Source: a virus
Taxonomy: Duplodnaviria > Caudoviricetes
Strand: one strand, 5' to 3'
IMG/VR virus record: IMGVR_UViG_2834368228_000004
Location: 64,001 to 128,000 of that record
Length of the DNA: 64,000 nt
Position 1 is the first letter of the stretch. The number at the start of each line of letters is the position of its first letter. Below, in pieces: positions 9,287 to 18,447 of this stretch. The position numbers and the translations under genes are program-made. A model generated the notes under the pieces. That model was given only the letters and a program-made list of their open reading frames with translations. It searched no databases and was not told where the DNA came from.

Positions 9287-9886
9287 ATGGAAGTAGAATT
9301 TGTTACATTGGGGAATGCTTCAAAAATAATTGATACACCAGCTCCAACATTACGTGGTTGGGCAGACAAGCTAGAAGAGCTGCAAGTTCATTATTTAGAG
9401 CGGAATCATAGAGACGAACGAATCTTCTATGAAAGTGACATCAAGATATTTAGATACATGGCTGAACAAAAAAGCAAATATAATAGAAAGACAACAACAA
9501 CAGATATAGCCTATGTGATTGCTGAAAATGATAAATTTGAGTTGCGTCAAAAAGGTAGTGTTCCAGCAGTGCCAAAACATAAAGCTCAATTGTCAGAAAT
9601 AGACTTAGAGCATTTAGTGCAACAAAGAGATTTTCAAGAATTCATAGGTGGCATCATTCAACGTGCAACAGACGGTCTCTCGGAAGAGATAAGCGAAAAA
9701 GTATCTAATAATATGAGAGTCGAGTTAAATAACAAGCTCGATGATATTGAAGAAAGACGAATTAAAAGGATGGATCAATACCTAGCAGAGCAGCGTGAAA
9801 CACAAAAGATGATAGAAGAATACTTGAAACTTCCTGCATACAAAAAGATATTTAGTAAGAATCCGATGAAGAACACAAAAAAGTAG
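9287..9886 (+). CDS. MerR-type HTH + coiled-coil protein (RacA/TubY/DUF3967-like)
   Basis: TLGNASKIIDTPAPTLRGWA..ERNHRDERIFYESDI MerR HTH; coiled coil; amphipathic LPAYKKIFSK tail; only credible plus-strand gene in the left arm. Confidence 0.75.
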   Translation: MEVEFVTLGNASKIIDTPAPTLRGWADKLEELQVHYLERNHRDERIFYESDIKIFRYMAEQKSKYNRKTTTTDIAYVIAENDKFELRQKGSVPAVPKHKAQLSEIDLEHLVQQRDFQEFIGGIIQRATDGLSEEISEKVSNNMRVELNNKLDDIEERRIKRMDQYLAEQRETQKMIEEYLKLPAYKKIFSKNPMKNTKK

Positions 9887-9916
9887 TAGTGCTAATCAAA
9901 GCTCTGCTACTTTTTT
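9877..9916. terminator. Bidirectional intrinsic terminator
   Basis: AAAAAAGTAGTAG...CTGCTACTTTTTT between convergent genes. Confidence 0.6.
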
Positions 9917-9985
9917 GTTATTTTGTTACAAAATATATTGTCTATAAATATATTGATATTTAATCACGAAACAACAAAATATTTT

Positions 9986-10459
9986 CTAACTCTTATAAAG
10001 GAAGATGTTTTTCTTATACTTATGAGAATAATACTCCAGTATTTCATGGCTTCGCTTCAACTCATAAGGGGTTAATTTCTGACCTATGAGGTAGGGGAAG
10101 CCGATCTTAATTCCTGGTGATACTTTTTTTACATCATCAGGAAGAGTGAGTAAAATATCAAACATTTTATCTAAAGATGAAGGGAAAGCACTGTAATCTA
10201 GATGACGACCTCTGCCATAAGAGTATTGACCATATAGATTGAATATAATAATAGGCTTGTCAGACTCATAGGCAAAAGATAACTCACCTAATTTTTCTTC
10301 AGGTGAGTAGGGGAGTTGGCTATCCATTGATTGAGCCATTGGATATTTGTCGTTAATTTCACTAGCTATACCATAATCCATATCTGAAAAACAATTCATA
10401 ACATGAGCTATGACCGTACAATCACTTGTTAGCAAATTAGTGTTCACAGTATATAGCAT
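9986..10459 (-). CDS. Macrodomain (ADP-ribose-binding/hydrolase-like) protein
   Basis: NLL..IAHVMNC...M..GIA..I..KYP, FNLYGQYSYG, LDYSAF, IGFPYLIG. Confidence 0.75.
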   Translation of the reverse strand: MLYTVNTNLLTSDCTVIAHVMNCFSDMDYGIASEINDKYPMAQSMDSQLPYSPEEKLGELSFAYESDKPIIIFNLYGQYSYGRGRHLDYSAFPSSLDKMFDILLTLPDDVKKVSPGIKIGFPYLIGQKLTPYELKRSHEILEYYSHKYKKNIFLYKS

Positions 10460-10461
10460 AA

Positions 10462-10587
10462 CTAATTCACCACTCGTATAACTATCCAGCCCTTTGGCTT
10501 ATTCAATAATGAACCGGTATATACAATAGATTCAACAAAACCACTTTTTGGGCAGGTTCTCTCAATCAGATATTTTTTAAAATACAT
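10462..10587 (-). CDS. Small hypothetical protein (41 aa)
   Basis: ATG 10587 after AAGGAGTG; MYFKKYLIERTCPKSG... Confidence 0.5.
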   Translation of the reverse strand: MYFKKYLIERTCPKSGFVESIVYTGSLLNKPKGWIVIRVVN

Positions 10588-10598
10588 AAAATCACTCC

Positions 10599-10685
10599 TT
10601 ATAGATATTCTTCACATACAGGACAAGAAATCTCTTCTTTTTCAAATATTACTACACGTTCATTTGAACAAACAGAGCAATCCAT
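10599..10685 (-). CDS. 28-aa zinc-ribbon microprotein
   Basis: GAGGAG RBS; MDCSVCSNERVVIFEKEEISCPVCEEYL (two CxxC). Confidence 0.55.
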   Translation of the reverse strand: MDCSVCSNERVVIFEKEEISCPVCEEYL

Positions 10686-10705
10686 AAAAAACATCTCCTC
10701 ATAAT

Positions 10706-11146
10706 TTAAATATCTATTTTAGATTCCAAAAAATCTTGTATGTGATAGGGTGATAGCTCACCATCATAAGTCACTACACAAGGACATTCTTTACGAAAGA
10801 AAAAGATATCAGTTGTAAGTCTTTCAATTTGAGGATTCTTAGTTGCATAATACAACTCACTTTCAGCTATGATATGAAAGTCATAGCTTTTTAATAGTGA
10901 GGTATGTATTGGTTCATTGTTAGTTGGTTCTTCATTATAAAATGATATTAATGTTTTCGTATTTAGCTCACCCATATATTCTATATTATGAGATTGAGAG
11001 CGAGCTATATATAGGCTGTGATTCTCACGTTTATAAATTCCGATATCAACCATATCGAATCGGAAAGTTACTTTCTCTTCCTCTAAAAGATGCTGCCAGA
11101 TAGGGGAGGAGATTATAGAGCCAATGTATATGTCATTATTATTCAT
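10706..11146 (-). CDS. Hypothetical protein
   Basis: 146 aa ORF in operon orientation. Confidence 0.55.
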   Translation of the reverse strand: MNNNDIYIGSIISSPIWQHLLEEEKVTFRFDMVDIGIYKRENHSLYIARSQSHNIEYMGELNTKTLISFYNEEPTNNEPIHTSLLKSYDFHIIAESELYYATKNPQIERLTTDIFFFRKECPCVVTYDGELSPYHIQDFLESKIDI

Positions 11147-11162
11147 ATTTTATCAATCCATA

Positions 11163-11453
11163 CTAATTAGTAATTTCCTCATTGTTTGGCTTAAAAAATT
11201 CAACACAATCAACTTTAACAATTTTCAAGTCGCTTCTATGTGCTTTAAACTTTTTACCATTTACAGATTTAAAGGTAAAATTATTGTGCTTATTATTATA
11301 GAACATATCTTTATCGAAATGGGGATCAATGTTTTTAAGATACGCTTTAAAAACCATACGTTTACTTCTGTATGTCCATATACTAAGAGTTACAACAACA
11401 TCTTTTGATTTAGATATTTCTCTTAAAAGCTGTTTATAATTATAAAACTGCAT
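11163..11453 (-). CDS. Hypothetical basic protein
   Basis: Likely ATG 11453 after GAAAGGA. Confidence 0.5.
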   Translation of the reverse strand: MQFYNYKQLLREISKSKDVVVTLSIWTYRSKRMVFKAYLKNIDPHFDKDMFYNNKHNNFTFKSVNGKKFKAHRSDLKIVKVDCVEFFKPNNEEITN

Positions 11454-12174
11454 GTTTATTTCCTTTCTCAACAGAATGAACAATATAGTTATCTTCATTG
11501 ATTTCTAGACAATTGAGTTGACCACTATATGCACAGCCACCATCAATTCCGATACGTTTTCCAACAAAAAAAGGTTCATGAGAGTCATGAAAATTGATAC
11601 ACGGTGTATGGCCGTGTACAATTGTGAAATCATGAGGATGTTCTTTTTTATAAAAATCCTCTCTAATCCAAATCATTTCTTCAGCTGGAGTAAGAATCCA
11701 ATCAGATAGAGATGGATCAATACCTGCATGAACAAATAAATAGTTATCTAATTTATGGAAAAGAGGAAGGTGATAAAAGAATCTAACATGCTCACTAAAA
11801 TTATTGTTAATAAACTTCCTTGCTTCATGTAAAGATTCAAAAGTCACTCCTTCAGTAAACCATTCATACCCAACATAGCTTTCAATTGTAGAAAGTCCAC
11901 CATTTGATAAAAACAGTTGATCATTAACACCACTATTTGTAAGTAAAAAATCCAAAAACATTTGATCGTGGTTACCACGTAATGCAATAGCTCCATCATC
12001 TACTAGATTCATAATTAAATCAATAACTTGCTTTGACTTCTGACCACGATCAACATAATCACCAACTAAAATTAATTGATGTTTATAAGAATTATAATTC
12101 ACCTTATGCAGTATCTCCTTAAGCTGGTCATAACATCCATGTATATCACTTATTGCTAATATAGTCTTTTTCAT
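11440..12174 (-). CDS. Calcineurin-like metallophosphoesterase (Ser/Thr phosphatase / ApaH type)
   Basis: SDIHG, GDYVDRG, RGNHD, FVHAG, WIRE, HGHTP, IDGG motifs. Confidence 0.92.
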   Translation of the reverse strand: MKKTILAISDIHGCYDQLKEILHKVNYNSYKHQLILVGDYVDRGQKSKQVIDLIMNLVDDGAIALRGNHDQMFLDFLLTNSGVNDQLFLSNGGLSTIESYVGYEWFTEGVTFESLHEARKFINNNFSEHVRFFYHLPLFHKLDNYLFVHAGIDPSLSDWILTPAEEMIWIREDFYKKEHPHDFTIVHGHTPCINFHDSHEPFFVGKRIGIDGGCAYSGQLNCLEINEDNYIVHSVEKGNKHAVL

Positions 12175-12189
12175 ATAAATCCTCATTTC

Positions 12190-12522
12190 TTAGGGTTCTA
12201 AAATATCTGTCAAAGAAAGTCCAGTATTGTCAATAATCTCTTTATCAAGAGCTTCAAAATACGTGTGTAAACTGCCTTCTAAATTAATATCTAAATAGCA
12301 AGCAGCCATTATTACACTGGTTAAAAGACTAGATAATTCAGGACCTAAATCAGCAGTATTTCTTTTCAAAAGCTTTGTTGATAACTTACCTAAATCAGAT
12401 GTGATTTTCAATATTTGACCAGATGCAAGTTTAAATCTTTTACTATCACTAGTTTCAGATAGCGGTCCATCAAAATGGTCATTCAATGCTATTAACGCTT
12501 GCTGTATATTTTCAATTTGCAT
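12190..12522 (-). CDS. MazG-like all-alpha NTP pyrophosphatase fold, degenerate
   Basis: QILKITSDLGKL...ELSSLL..VIMAACYLDINLE matches MazG-like spacing but most metal-binding E/D residues are lost. Confidence 0.5.
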   Translation of the reverse strand: MQIENIQQALIALNDHFDGPLSETSDSKRFKLASGQILKITSDLGKLSTKLLKRNTADLGPELSSLLTSVIMAACYLDINLEGSLHTYFEALDKEIIDNTGLSLTDILEP

Positions 12523-12582
12523 ATTTAATTTTTCTCCTTTATTTATATAGTATTTATGTTATGTGTTTAACGACAGTTATTA

Positions 12583-12879
12583 TTACCAATCATAGTAGGG
12601 GAGGTATTCAGCAATTTCTACATCTCTATCAAAAATAATCCATTCTGCTTCCATAACTAGACATGTAGATATAACATAAGCAAGACTATAGGGAAGAGAC
12701 ATTAAATCTATTTCATCTGTTATAGGAATAAACCAGCCATACTCTGATTTTGGATAAATGATTAAGTCTCCAGGGCCAAAACCTGTAGAGACCCATTGTT
12801 CTATTTGTTGAGCCACATCTTCTTTAAGATGAGAAGTAGATAGCTCAACAGCTTTAAATGTTCTTGGTGATTTAATCAT
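12583..12879 (-). CDS. DUF5983-like protein
   Basis: ATG 12879 after AAGGAGG; LSTSHL, YPKSEYGWFI, P.SL, WIIFDRD. Confidence 0.6.
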   Translation of the reverse strand: MIKSPRTFKAVELSTSHLKEDVAQQIEQWVSTGFGPGDLIIYPKSEYGWFIPITDEIDLMSLPYSLAYVISTCLVMEAEWIIFDRDVEIAEYLPYYDW

Positions 12880-13420
12880 TATAAACAACCTCCTTGATAT
12901 CGTTAATCTTACAGATTTCTTTAATGATACGTGTTTGTTTATCTTCATCCATATCATAATCCAAATCATAAGTATCAAGAGTATCAAAATCTTCTTGCTC
13001 ATTATCACTGTGGAGATAGACTTGAAAATACCCTTCATCACTAGACTCCTGAAGTGATACGTGATAAATATCCGTAACTTCTTCTAACATTTCCTCAATC
13101 TTTTCTCTTACATCTGCTTGATGTCCTGATAGAATCATTTCACCCTTTACATATAGCTCATAATCTTTTTCGCCCCACTTATAGTAGTCTGGCTTATTTT
13201 GCTTACCTGATTTATCTAGCAATTCCATAGTAATATAGGGGACATCTTCATCATTGTGCACTGTTCTATAAAACGTTTTAAACTTTTCTTCTATATTTTT
13301 ATCTTCTAAAGCCTTGTGTTTCACATGTTTAAGGAAGTCGTAATACATAAACTCACTGACAGACACTTCCTTTCCTTCAAGTAAGCTTTCTATATATCCA
13401 TCAAATCGTTCTTGGCTCAC
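12872..13420 (-). CDS. Acidic hypothetical protein
   Basis: 182 aa, GTG start after GGGGG. Confidence 0.6.
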   Translation of the reverse strand: MSQERFDGYIESLLEGKEVSVSEFMYYDFLKHVKHKALEDKNIEEKFKTFYRTVHNDEDVPYITMELLDKSGKQNKPDYYKWGEKDYELYVKGEMILSGHQADVREKIEEMLEEVTDIYHVSLQESSDEGYFQVYLHSDNEQEDFDTLDTYDLDYDMDEDKQTRIIKEICKINDIKEVVYND

Positions 13421-13476
13421 AATAAAACCCCCAATTATTATTTACTTCACAGCATTAGCCGACAGGCGGTTTAGAT

Positions 13477-13689
13477 TTAATCATTTCCTTTCTGAGTTTC
13501 AAAACCTTTGATCTGCCACCATCCGTAGGATTCCTTGTCTGCTTCCTCATCATAATGTGCCAGTTGCCCAGAGCTATAACCTTTATTAATCATATGCTTG
13601 ATGTAGTCTTCATCAATTTCAGATAGATTCTTGTTCTCATCCATTTCAAACCAGTATTCGATTTCATGAAATAGAAGCATAGCCTTCAT
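13477..13689 (-). CDS. Hypothetical protein
   Basis: 70 aa, AAAGGAG RBS. Confidence 0.6.
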   Translation of the reverse strand: MKAMLLFHEIEYWFEMDENKNLSEIDEDYIKHMINKGYSSGQLAHYDEEADKESYGWWQIKGFETQKGND

Positions 13690-13755
13690 AATTGTACTCT
13701 CCTTTACTATTGATACTGTTCAATAGTTCATTTCTTATGTGCTCCTTTTCAATTG

Positions 13756-13986
13756 CTAACATAAATGGATATCACCAAGAACTTTTAGTTTATTGTAATC
13801 ACGTTTATTACTTTTTGCTTTTATAATATATATATATATATAATGGCAACTACTATTATAATCTTTATCTTCAACCTTTTTTATGATTTCAGTCTGAATA
13901 CTTTTTGCATTATATTCCAAGTAGTCAATTACTTCGTTATCATCTTCTCCCCAGGTTTTAATCCTAAAGGATTTATTAAATAGCAT
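13756..13986 (-). CDS. Hypothetical protein containing an (AT)n tract
   Basis: 76 aa, AAAGGAG RBS; YIYIYI encoded by AT repeat at 13826-13842. Confidence 0.55.
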   Translation of the reverse strand: MLFNKSFRIKTWGEDDNEVIDYLEYNAKSIQTEIIKKVEDKDYNSSCHYIYIYIIKAKSNKRDYNKLKVLGDIHLC

Positions 13987-14374
13987 GATTTTCTCCTTTT
14001 TTAGAAGACAACACTAAGGGAAGGGGATTACCTGAAGCGTCAGTCTTAGATAAGACTTCAATCATTGCATGTTCATAAAATAAAGTTTTATCTATGTTGT
14101 TATGCTTTGAGATAACATCATATGAATACTGACGGATTTCATCGTCCGAGAGCTCAGTCATATTAGAATGATAGAGAGTATACGTAAGAGTTAACTCGTC
14201 TTCTAAGATAAAGCTAACTTTATATTCTTGTTCAGACAATACTGGAGCGGCCAGTTTAGTTTCTATAGAACGCAATTCATTAGTAAATCCATACATGACG
14301 GCTAACTGCTGAATCTCTTGACTACCAATAAAAGAAGCCAATAATTTATTGTTGATAGATTTATTCATTTTCAT
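13976..14374 (-). CDS. Hypothetical protein
   Basis: 132 aa, AAAAGGAG RBS. Confidence 0.6.
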   Translation of the reverse strand: MKMNKSINNKLLASFIGSQEIQQLAVMYGFTNELRSIETKLAAPVLSEQEYKVSFILEDELTLTYTLYHSNMTELSDDEIRQYSYDVISKHNNIDKTLFYEHAMIEVLSKTDASGNPLPLVLSSKKGENHAI

Positions 14375-14402
14375 TCTCCTTTTCTCGATAAAATTATAGA
14401 TT

Positions 14403-14600
14403 TTAAATTAAAATGTTATTTTCAATAATCAAAATACCTAAAAAACCAGATACAGTTGAGACTACTTTCATACTCCCTTTCTCTACTATTATATGCCCCT
14501 TATTTGCACCAAATAGAAAATCGTTAGGTGATTCATACTGTAGCTCTAAGTTATCAATATGAAACTGGTTACTTAATGCTCTCTTTATTTTATCTAACAT
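14403..14600 (-). CDS. Hypothetical protein
   Basis: 65 aa, AAAGGAG RBS. Confidence 0.55.
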   Translation of the reverse strand: MLDKIKRALSNQFHIDNLELQYESPNDFLFGANKGHIIVEKGSMKVVSTVSGFLGILIIENNILI

Positions 14601-14627
14601 TCTCTTCTCTCTCCTTTTTGGATAAAA

Positions 14628-15005
14628 TTATAGTTTTAACCTGTTTTTAAATAGGATTGCAAATGATTCTTTGAAGCTCTCTGCTAAGTTTTCATCAAAG
14701 AATCGAACACCTTCAATAAAATCATAAACTTGATTTTCAAATGTTCTTGCTTTGTCTTGATTATTTGGTTTAATAGCCCATTCCCAGTAACCAACATATT
14801 GTTTAAACTCTTTTTCGATCTCTTGATTTGATAAAATTCGCTCTCTTTCATAATCCAATACTTTTGCATCTGTTTCTGAATTTTTAACTCCAAATGCTTT
14901 ACGGATGATGCTAATTTGTATCATTACACGTTGACTTTGTTCTCTGGTGTACAATGGTTGGGTATCTAATTCAATAACTTTTTTCATTAATTCTTTATTA
15001 TTCAT
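14628..15005 (-). CDS. Hypothetical protein
   Basis: 125 aa, GGAGG RBS. Confidence 0.65.
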   Translation of the reverse strand: MNNKELMKKVIELDTQPLYTREQSQRVMIQISIIRKAFGVKNSETDAKVLDYERERILSNQEIEKEFKQYVGYWEWAIKPNNQDKARTFENQVYDFIEGVRFFDENLAESFKESFAILFKNRLKL

Positions 15006-15024
15006 TTGTTATTCCTCCAAACAA

Positions 15025-15288
15025 TTAATGTACGTGCCTTTCTAGATATAATTTCATAGCATCAAAAAACAATTCAGTAAGAATATATCTCTGATCTACA
15101 TCTGTTGGTTCAATAATATTATTATCTATAAAAAACTTAAGTGAATTAACATATGCCTTTTCTTCACTTTCAGGAGAAATAATAGCAACTTTAGAACGTT
15201 CATCTTCAATCTTAACTTCTTCAATCAATTGCCATGCAAGTGTAGCGATAGTAATAGCTTCATGTTTTTTATTCATATCGATAGTCAA
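15025..15288 (-). CDS. Hypothetical protein
   Basis: 87 aa, AAAGGAG RBS. Confidence 0.6.
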   Translation of the reverse strand: MTIDMNKKHEAITIATLAWQLIEEVKIEDERSKVAIISPESEEKAYVNSLKFFIDNNIIEPTDVDQRYILTELFFDAMKLYLERHVH

Positions 15289-15497
15289 TGTAATTACTCC
15301 TTTATATTTTATTCGAACTATGCACTAACTTTTTTTAAAACATTCTTCACGATATAATTGCCCATCTATCAATAACCAACCTTCTTTATACTGTTGTGCC
15401 TTGTACATTTCGCCTAGTATAAAGTCGTAATTGTTATGCCATTTAACATAAATAACATCCATCGTCTAACACCTCACTGGTTCGGATTTTATTCGGA

Positions 15498-16103
15498 CTA
15501 TGCAGTAACTTTTAATTGTTCGTTTGCTAATTTAATGCCTAATAGATAAGCCACGAAACACATTGGCAACTTCTTTCCGAATTCGGATAAGATTGAAAAA
15601 TCTTCGCCATCGAAATAATAAAATGAGTTGTCCATATAATAATTAAAAAGCTCTCTTTCCAATTCTTTTGGTGTACATACGGATTCTATAGTGCCTTTCA
15701 GAAATTTATATATTTCTTTAGCTTCTTTAAGCGACTTATCTTCTGCATCATAAGTATTTTCTTCATACCAATCTTTCAAATCGTTTTTGGCTTTCCGTTC
15801 ATCAAAATACCAGCGTTCTCTTGAATGGCATGATAGTTTTCCTAGCAAATATCCTAGATCTATATTGTTAAAACTTTGCGGAGTAGCTATCCATGTCAAA
15901 TTGAAAATTGCATCACCAATATCTCCTGAAACATATAATCTTGAACCGCAGAAAATATATCTTACTGAATAAATAGATGTTCCTGGCTCTCTCCAATCTA
16001 AGATAGTTATACCGTCATACTCAGTTATTTTTGCTTCATGATTATTGAACCATTTATCCTTTATTTCCTGTTCCATTTCTTCAATTTCTCTCATTTTTAC
16101 CAC
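15498..16103 (-). CDS. Phage hypothetical protein
   Basis: 201 aa; WREPGT..Y, LYVSGDIG, YLLGKL pattern recalled from Firmicutes phage proteins. Confidence 0.65.
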   Translation of the reverse strand: MVKMREIEEMEQEIKDKWFNNHEAKITEYDGITILDWREPGTSIYSVRYIFCGSRLYVSGDIGDAIFNLTWIATPQSFNNIDLGYLLGKLSCHSRERWYFDERKAKNDLKDWYEENTYDAEDKSLKEAKEIYKFLKGTIESVCTPKELERELFNYYMDNSFYYFDGEDFSILSEFGKKLPMCFVAYLLGIKLANEQLKVTA

Positions 16104-16138
16104 CCTTTCAATGCTTTGTATTTTCTATCAAATTCGAA

Positions 16139-16363
16139 TTAGTTATTCTCATAAAACATTATAAGCTTCGATGGTTCTTGTTCCACTGGTTGAAGTTTCA
16201 CTTTCGTATAATCAACCTTATATAATTCATCAGTGTCTACTTCAAATCGACCCATCTTTTTTACAACAAAAGCCAAGAAGTGTTGGGCCTGAGCTTTCTG
16301 CCTTTCTAATTCTCTTATTTGTTTCTCAGTTTCCTTTAACCTGTCGATAACATCTTGAAACAT
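16139..16363 (-). CDS. Hypothetical coiled-coil protein
   Basis: Likely ATG 16363 after AGGAGG. Confidence 0.6.
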   Translation of the reverse strand: MFQDVIDRLKETEKQIRELERQKAQAQHFLAFVVKKMGRFEVDTDELYKVDYTKVKLQPVEQEPSKLIMFYENN

Positions 16364-16373
16364 AACAATCCTC

Positions 16374-16775
16374 CTATACAAATAAATTAAGTTCCTCTAT
16401 CTTTTCAAACAGATTAGTATATAAAGTAGAGTTCTTTGGAATCTTAGTAAACTCTGTTCTGTTATCATCAAGCTGTTTCATCTTAAAGAAGTCTGATGAT
16501 AACAGAAAACCAAACAATTCCTCATCGTTATGTCCAAGAATGGAAGACACATCATGTAGCTCTTCAAAGTTATGTAATAAGCAATACAAGTAATCACGAT
16601 AATATAGATCATTTTGAAGAACAAACTTATCTGTCTTAAGAAGACTATCCTCTAAACTTTCAAGGACAGATTTATCTATCCAATGAATAGGGTCATGCAA
16701 GTAACTTAGATCTCCATCTTCATCAAAAGGAATTATATCTAAAACATCGTCTTTAGCATTGCTCATATCAAACAC
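16374..16775 (-). CDS. Acidic hypothetical protein
   Basis: 133 aa, GGAGGAG RBS. Confidence 0.6.
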   Translation of the reverse strand: MFDMSNAKDDVLDIIPFDEDGDLSYLHDPIHWIDKSVLESLEDSLLKTDKFVLQNDLYYRDYLYCLLHNFEELHDVSSILGHNDEELFGFLLSSDFFKMKQLDDNRTEFTKIPKNSTLYTNLFEKIEELNLFV

Positions 16776-16791
16776 TCCTCCAAATAGTTAA

Positions 16792-17085
16792 TCATACGTA
16801 AATATATTTCCGGTCACGCAATAGCTCTTCAGTAATTTCACCAGAAGGAATAGCTTTCTTAGCTAACTCTAATAACTCAGAGTCCTTACCTTGAATGACA
16901 ATACGAACTCCTTTTTTAGAATTATATACATTTACTTGAACGGTATCGATTGTATCAAATCCTTCAAGAATACATTGAACACCATATGAAATAGGCTTTC
17001 TTTCACAAACAACAGCATTAATGCCAGAAGCCCAACTACCAACAAATCCATTAACTAATGCATTAAACAATTCGTCTTTATTCAA
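16792..17085 (-). CDS. Hypothetical protein
   Basis: TTG 17085 after GGAGG. Confidence 0.6.
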   Translation of the reverse strand: MNKDELFNALVNGFVGSWASGINAVVCERKPISYGVQCILEGFDTIDTVQVNVYNSKKGVRIVIQGKDSELLELAKKAIPSGEITEELLRDRKYIYV

Positions 17086-17110
17086 TAGAAAAACCTCCAA
17101 TATAATATAT

Positions 17111-17461
17111 CTACCATGAAATCCACATAGCAACTACGTCACCATTTTCAAGTCCTAATATTTCAGACATTGCCTTGAAATACATTTCAATTTCATCTAA
17201 CTCAACATTTTCTCGATGATCCCAATCTATATGCATTCGTATGTACATATCATTATGAACACGATACCTTGAGAGGATGTACTTCTTCCAGAAATCATCC
17301 TTACTCATATACCCATTAGCCTCCATATGATACATAACTTTGAATAAATCAAAGACACGATTATCTTTAATCTCTAAGACATCAGTATTACATTTAGGGC
17401 AAAACAACTCATAGTGCATCTCGAGAACATAACCACAATTCTTACATTCTCCGTAGTGCAT
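17111..17461 (-). CDS. Zn-ribbon hypothetical protein
   Basis: CKNCG...FCPKC at N-terminus. Confidence 0.65.
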   Translation of the reverse strand: MHYGECKNCGYVLEMHYELFCPKCNTDVLEIKDNRVFDLFKVMYHMEANGYMSKDDFWKKYILSRYRVHNDMYIRMHIDWDHRENVELDEIEMYFKAMSEILGLENGDVVAMWISW

Positions 17462-17562
17462 AGTAAAAACCTTCTTTCTCTAATTATGGAATATTCAGAC
17501 ACTTACACTCCTCCTAAAAGAAAAAGATATACCTCTTACTAATAGGGGAGAGACATACATAC

Positions 17563-17682
17563 TTAACCTATAAAGAAACAATACTCACAACAACCATGTG
17601 CTTGAAAGAAATCTGACTCTGTATTATCACAAGAGCAATCATCATTCTTCTTTGATTCATCTACAATATCATTAGACTGCAT
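17563..17682 (-). CDS. Cys-rich microprotein (39 aa)
   Basis: GAGGAGG RBS, TAATG coupling; MQSNDIVDE..CSC...CCEYC. Confidence 0.55.
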   Translation of the reverse strand: MQSNDIVDESKKNDDCSCDNTESDFFQAHGCCEYCFFIG

Positions 17683-17894
17683 TATGCAACCTCCTCACAT
17701 AAGTCATCTACATAATGCCATATCTCACCAACAAATTGGTCAACTAAATCTCCATCAGCTTCAACAAATACACTCATTGAAGTCTTATTAGAGTAACCAA
17801 ACTCTTTTACAAGTTTACGTAAGAAATCTTCTAGGCTACTATGATCATGAAAACTAATCATTCTATTGCTAACAACTAAAGTATACTCATGCAT
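17682..17894 (-). CDS. Hypothetical protein
   Basis: 70 aa, GGAGG RBS. Confidence 0.6.
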   Translation of the reverse strand: MHEYTLVVSNRMISFHDHSSLEDFLRKLVKEFGYSNKTSMSVFVEADGDLVDQFVGEIWHYVDDLCEEVA

Positions 17895-17927
17895 AAATTA
17901 ACCTCCAATATAATATAATGCTTACAA

Positions 17928-18071
17928 TCATTTATTATTAAGTGAATAAGAAGACATTAACTCCTCTTGTTTACAAGCACAACCACCAAAGGGGTCTTCC
18001 AGTGTACGGCATTTCAAACAGCAAGAACTATCCTGCATTTCATCAATAATATAATCAGATTGCATCAACAT
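17928..18071 (-). CDS. Cys-rich microprotein (47 aa)
   Basis: AGGAGTG RBS; MLMQSDYIIDE..CCLKC...CAC. Confidence 0.55.
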   Translation of the reverse strand: MLMQSDYIIDEMQDSSCCLKCRTLEDPFGGCACKQEELMSSYSLNNK

Positions 18072-18122
18072 AAACAACACTCCTATTATAATAATACTTC
18101 TACACAATTAGCCGACAGGCAA

Positions 18123-18290
18123 TTATTCAATACTATACAATTCATTAAAATAAACATACCATTCATCTAGCTTAGATAATATGCGTTTATTAATTAACGT
18201 ATAACGCTTATGAGAACTTTCAAGAAGCAGGTCTTCATAGTAATAGATTACCTCATGATAGTTATATAAATCTTCGATGTTATTATCCAT
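18123..18290 (-). CDS. Microprotein (55 aa), paralog of 18448-18642
   Basis: AGGAGTG RBS; YYEDLL...KLDEWY versus YYEELI...KIDEWY. Confidence 0.6.
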   Translation of the reverse strand: MDNNIEDLYNYHEVIYYYEDLLLESSHKRYTLINKRILSKLDEWYVYFNELYSIE

Positions 18291-18447
18291 TACCATACAC
18301 TCCTGCTGTTTAAAGAATATTCAGACATCTATACAAGCCACCCCAATTTTAAAAGAGTGGTTAATAATACATATCAGAGAGGGGATAGTATGTAAGTATA
18401 ATATAAAGACTATGTAAGAAATATTAATCCCCTCTAACTACTAGAAA

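Noticed and set aside
13826-13842. (AT)n tract as a phase-variation switch
   Set aside because: ORF is in frame and the DNA is AT-rich; no evidence without read-level length variation
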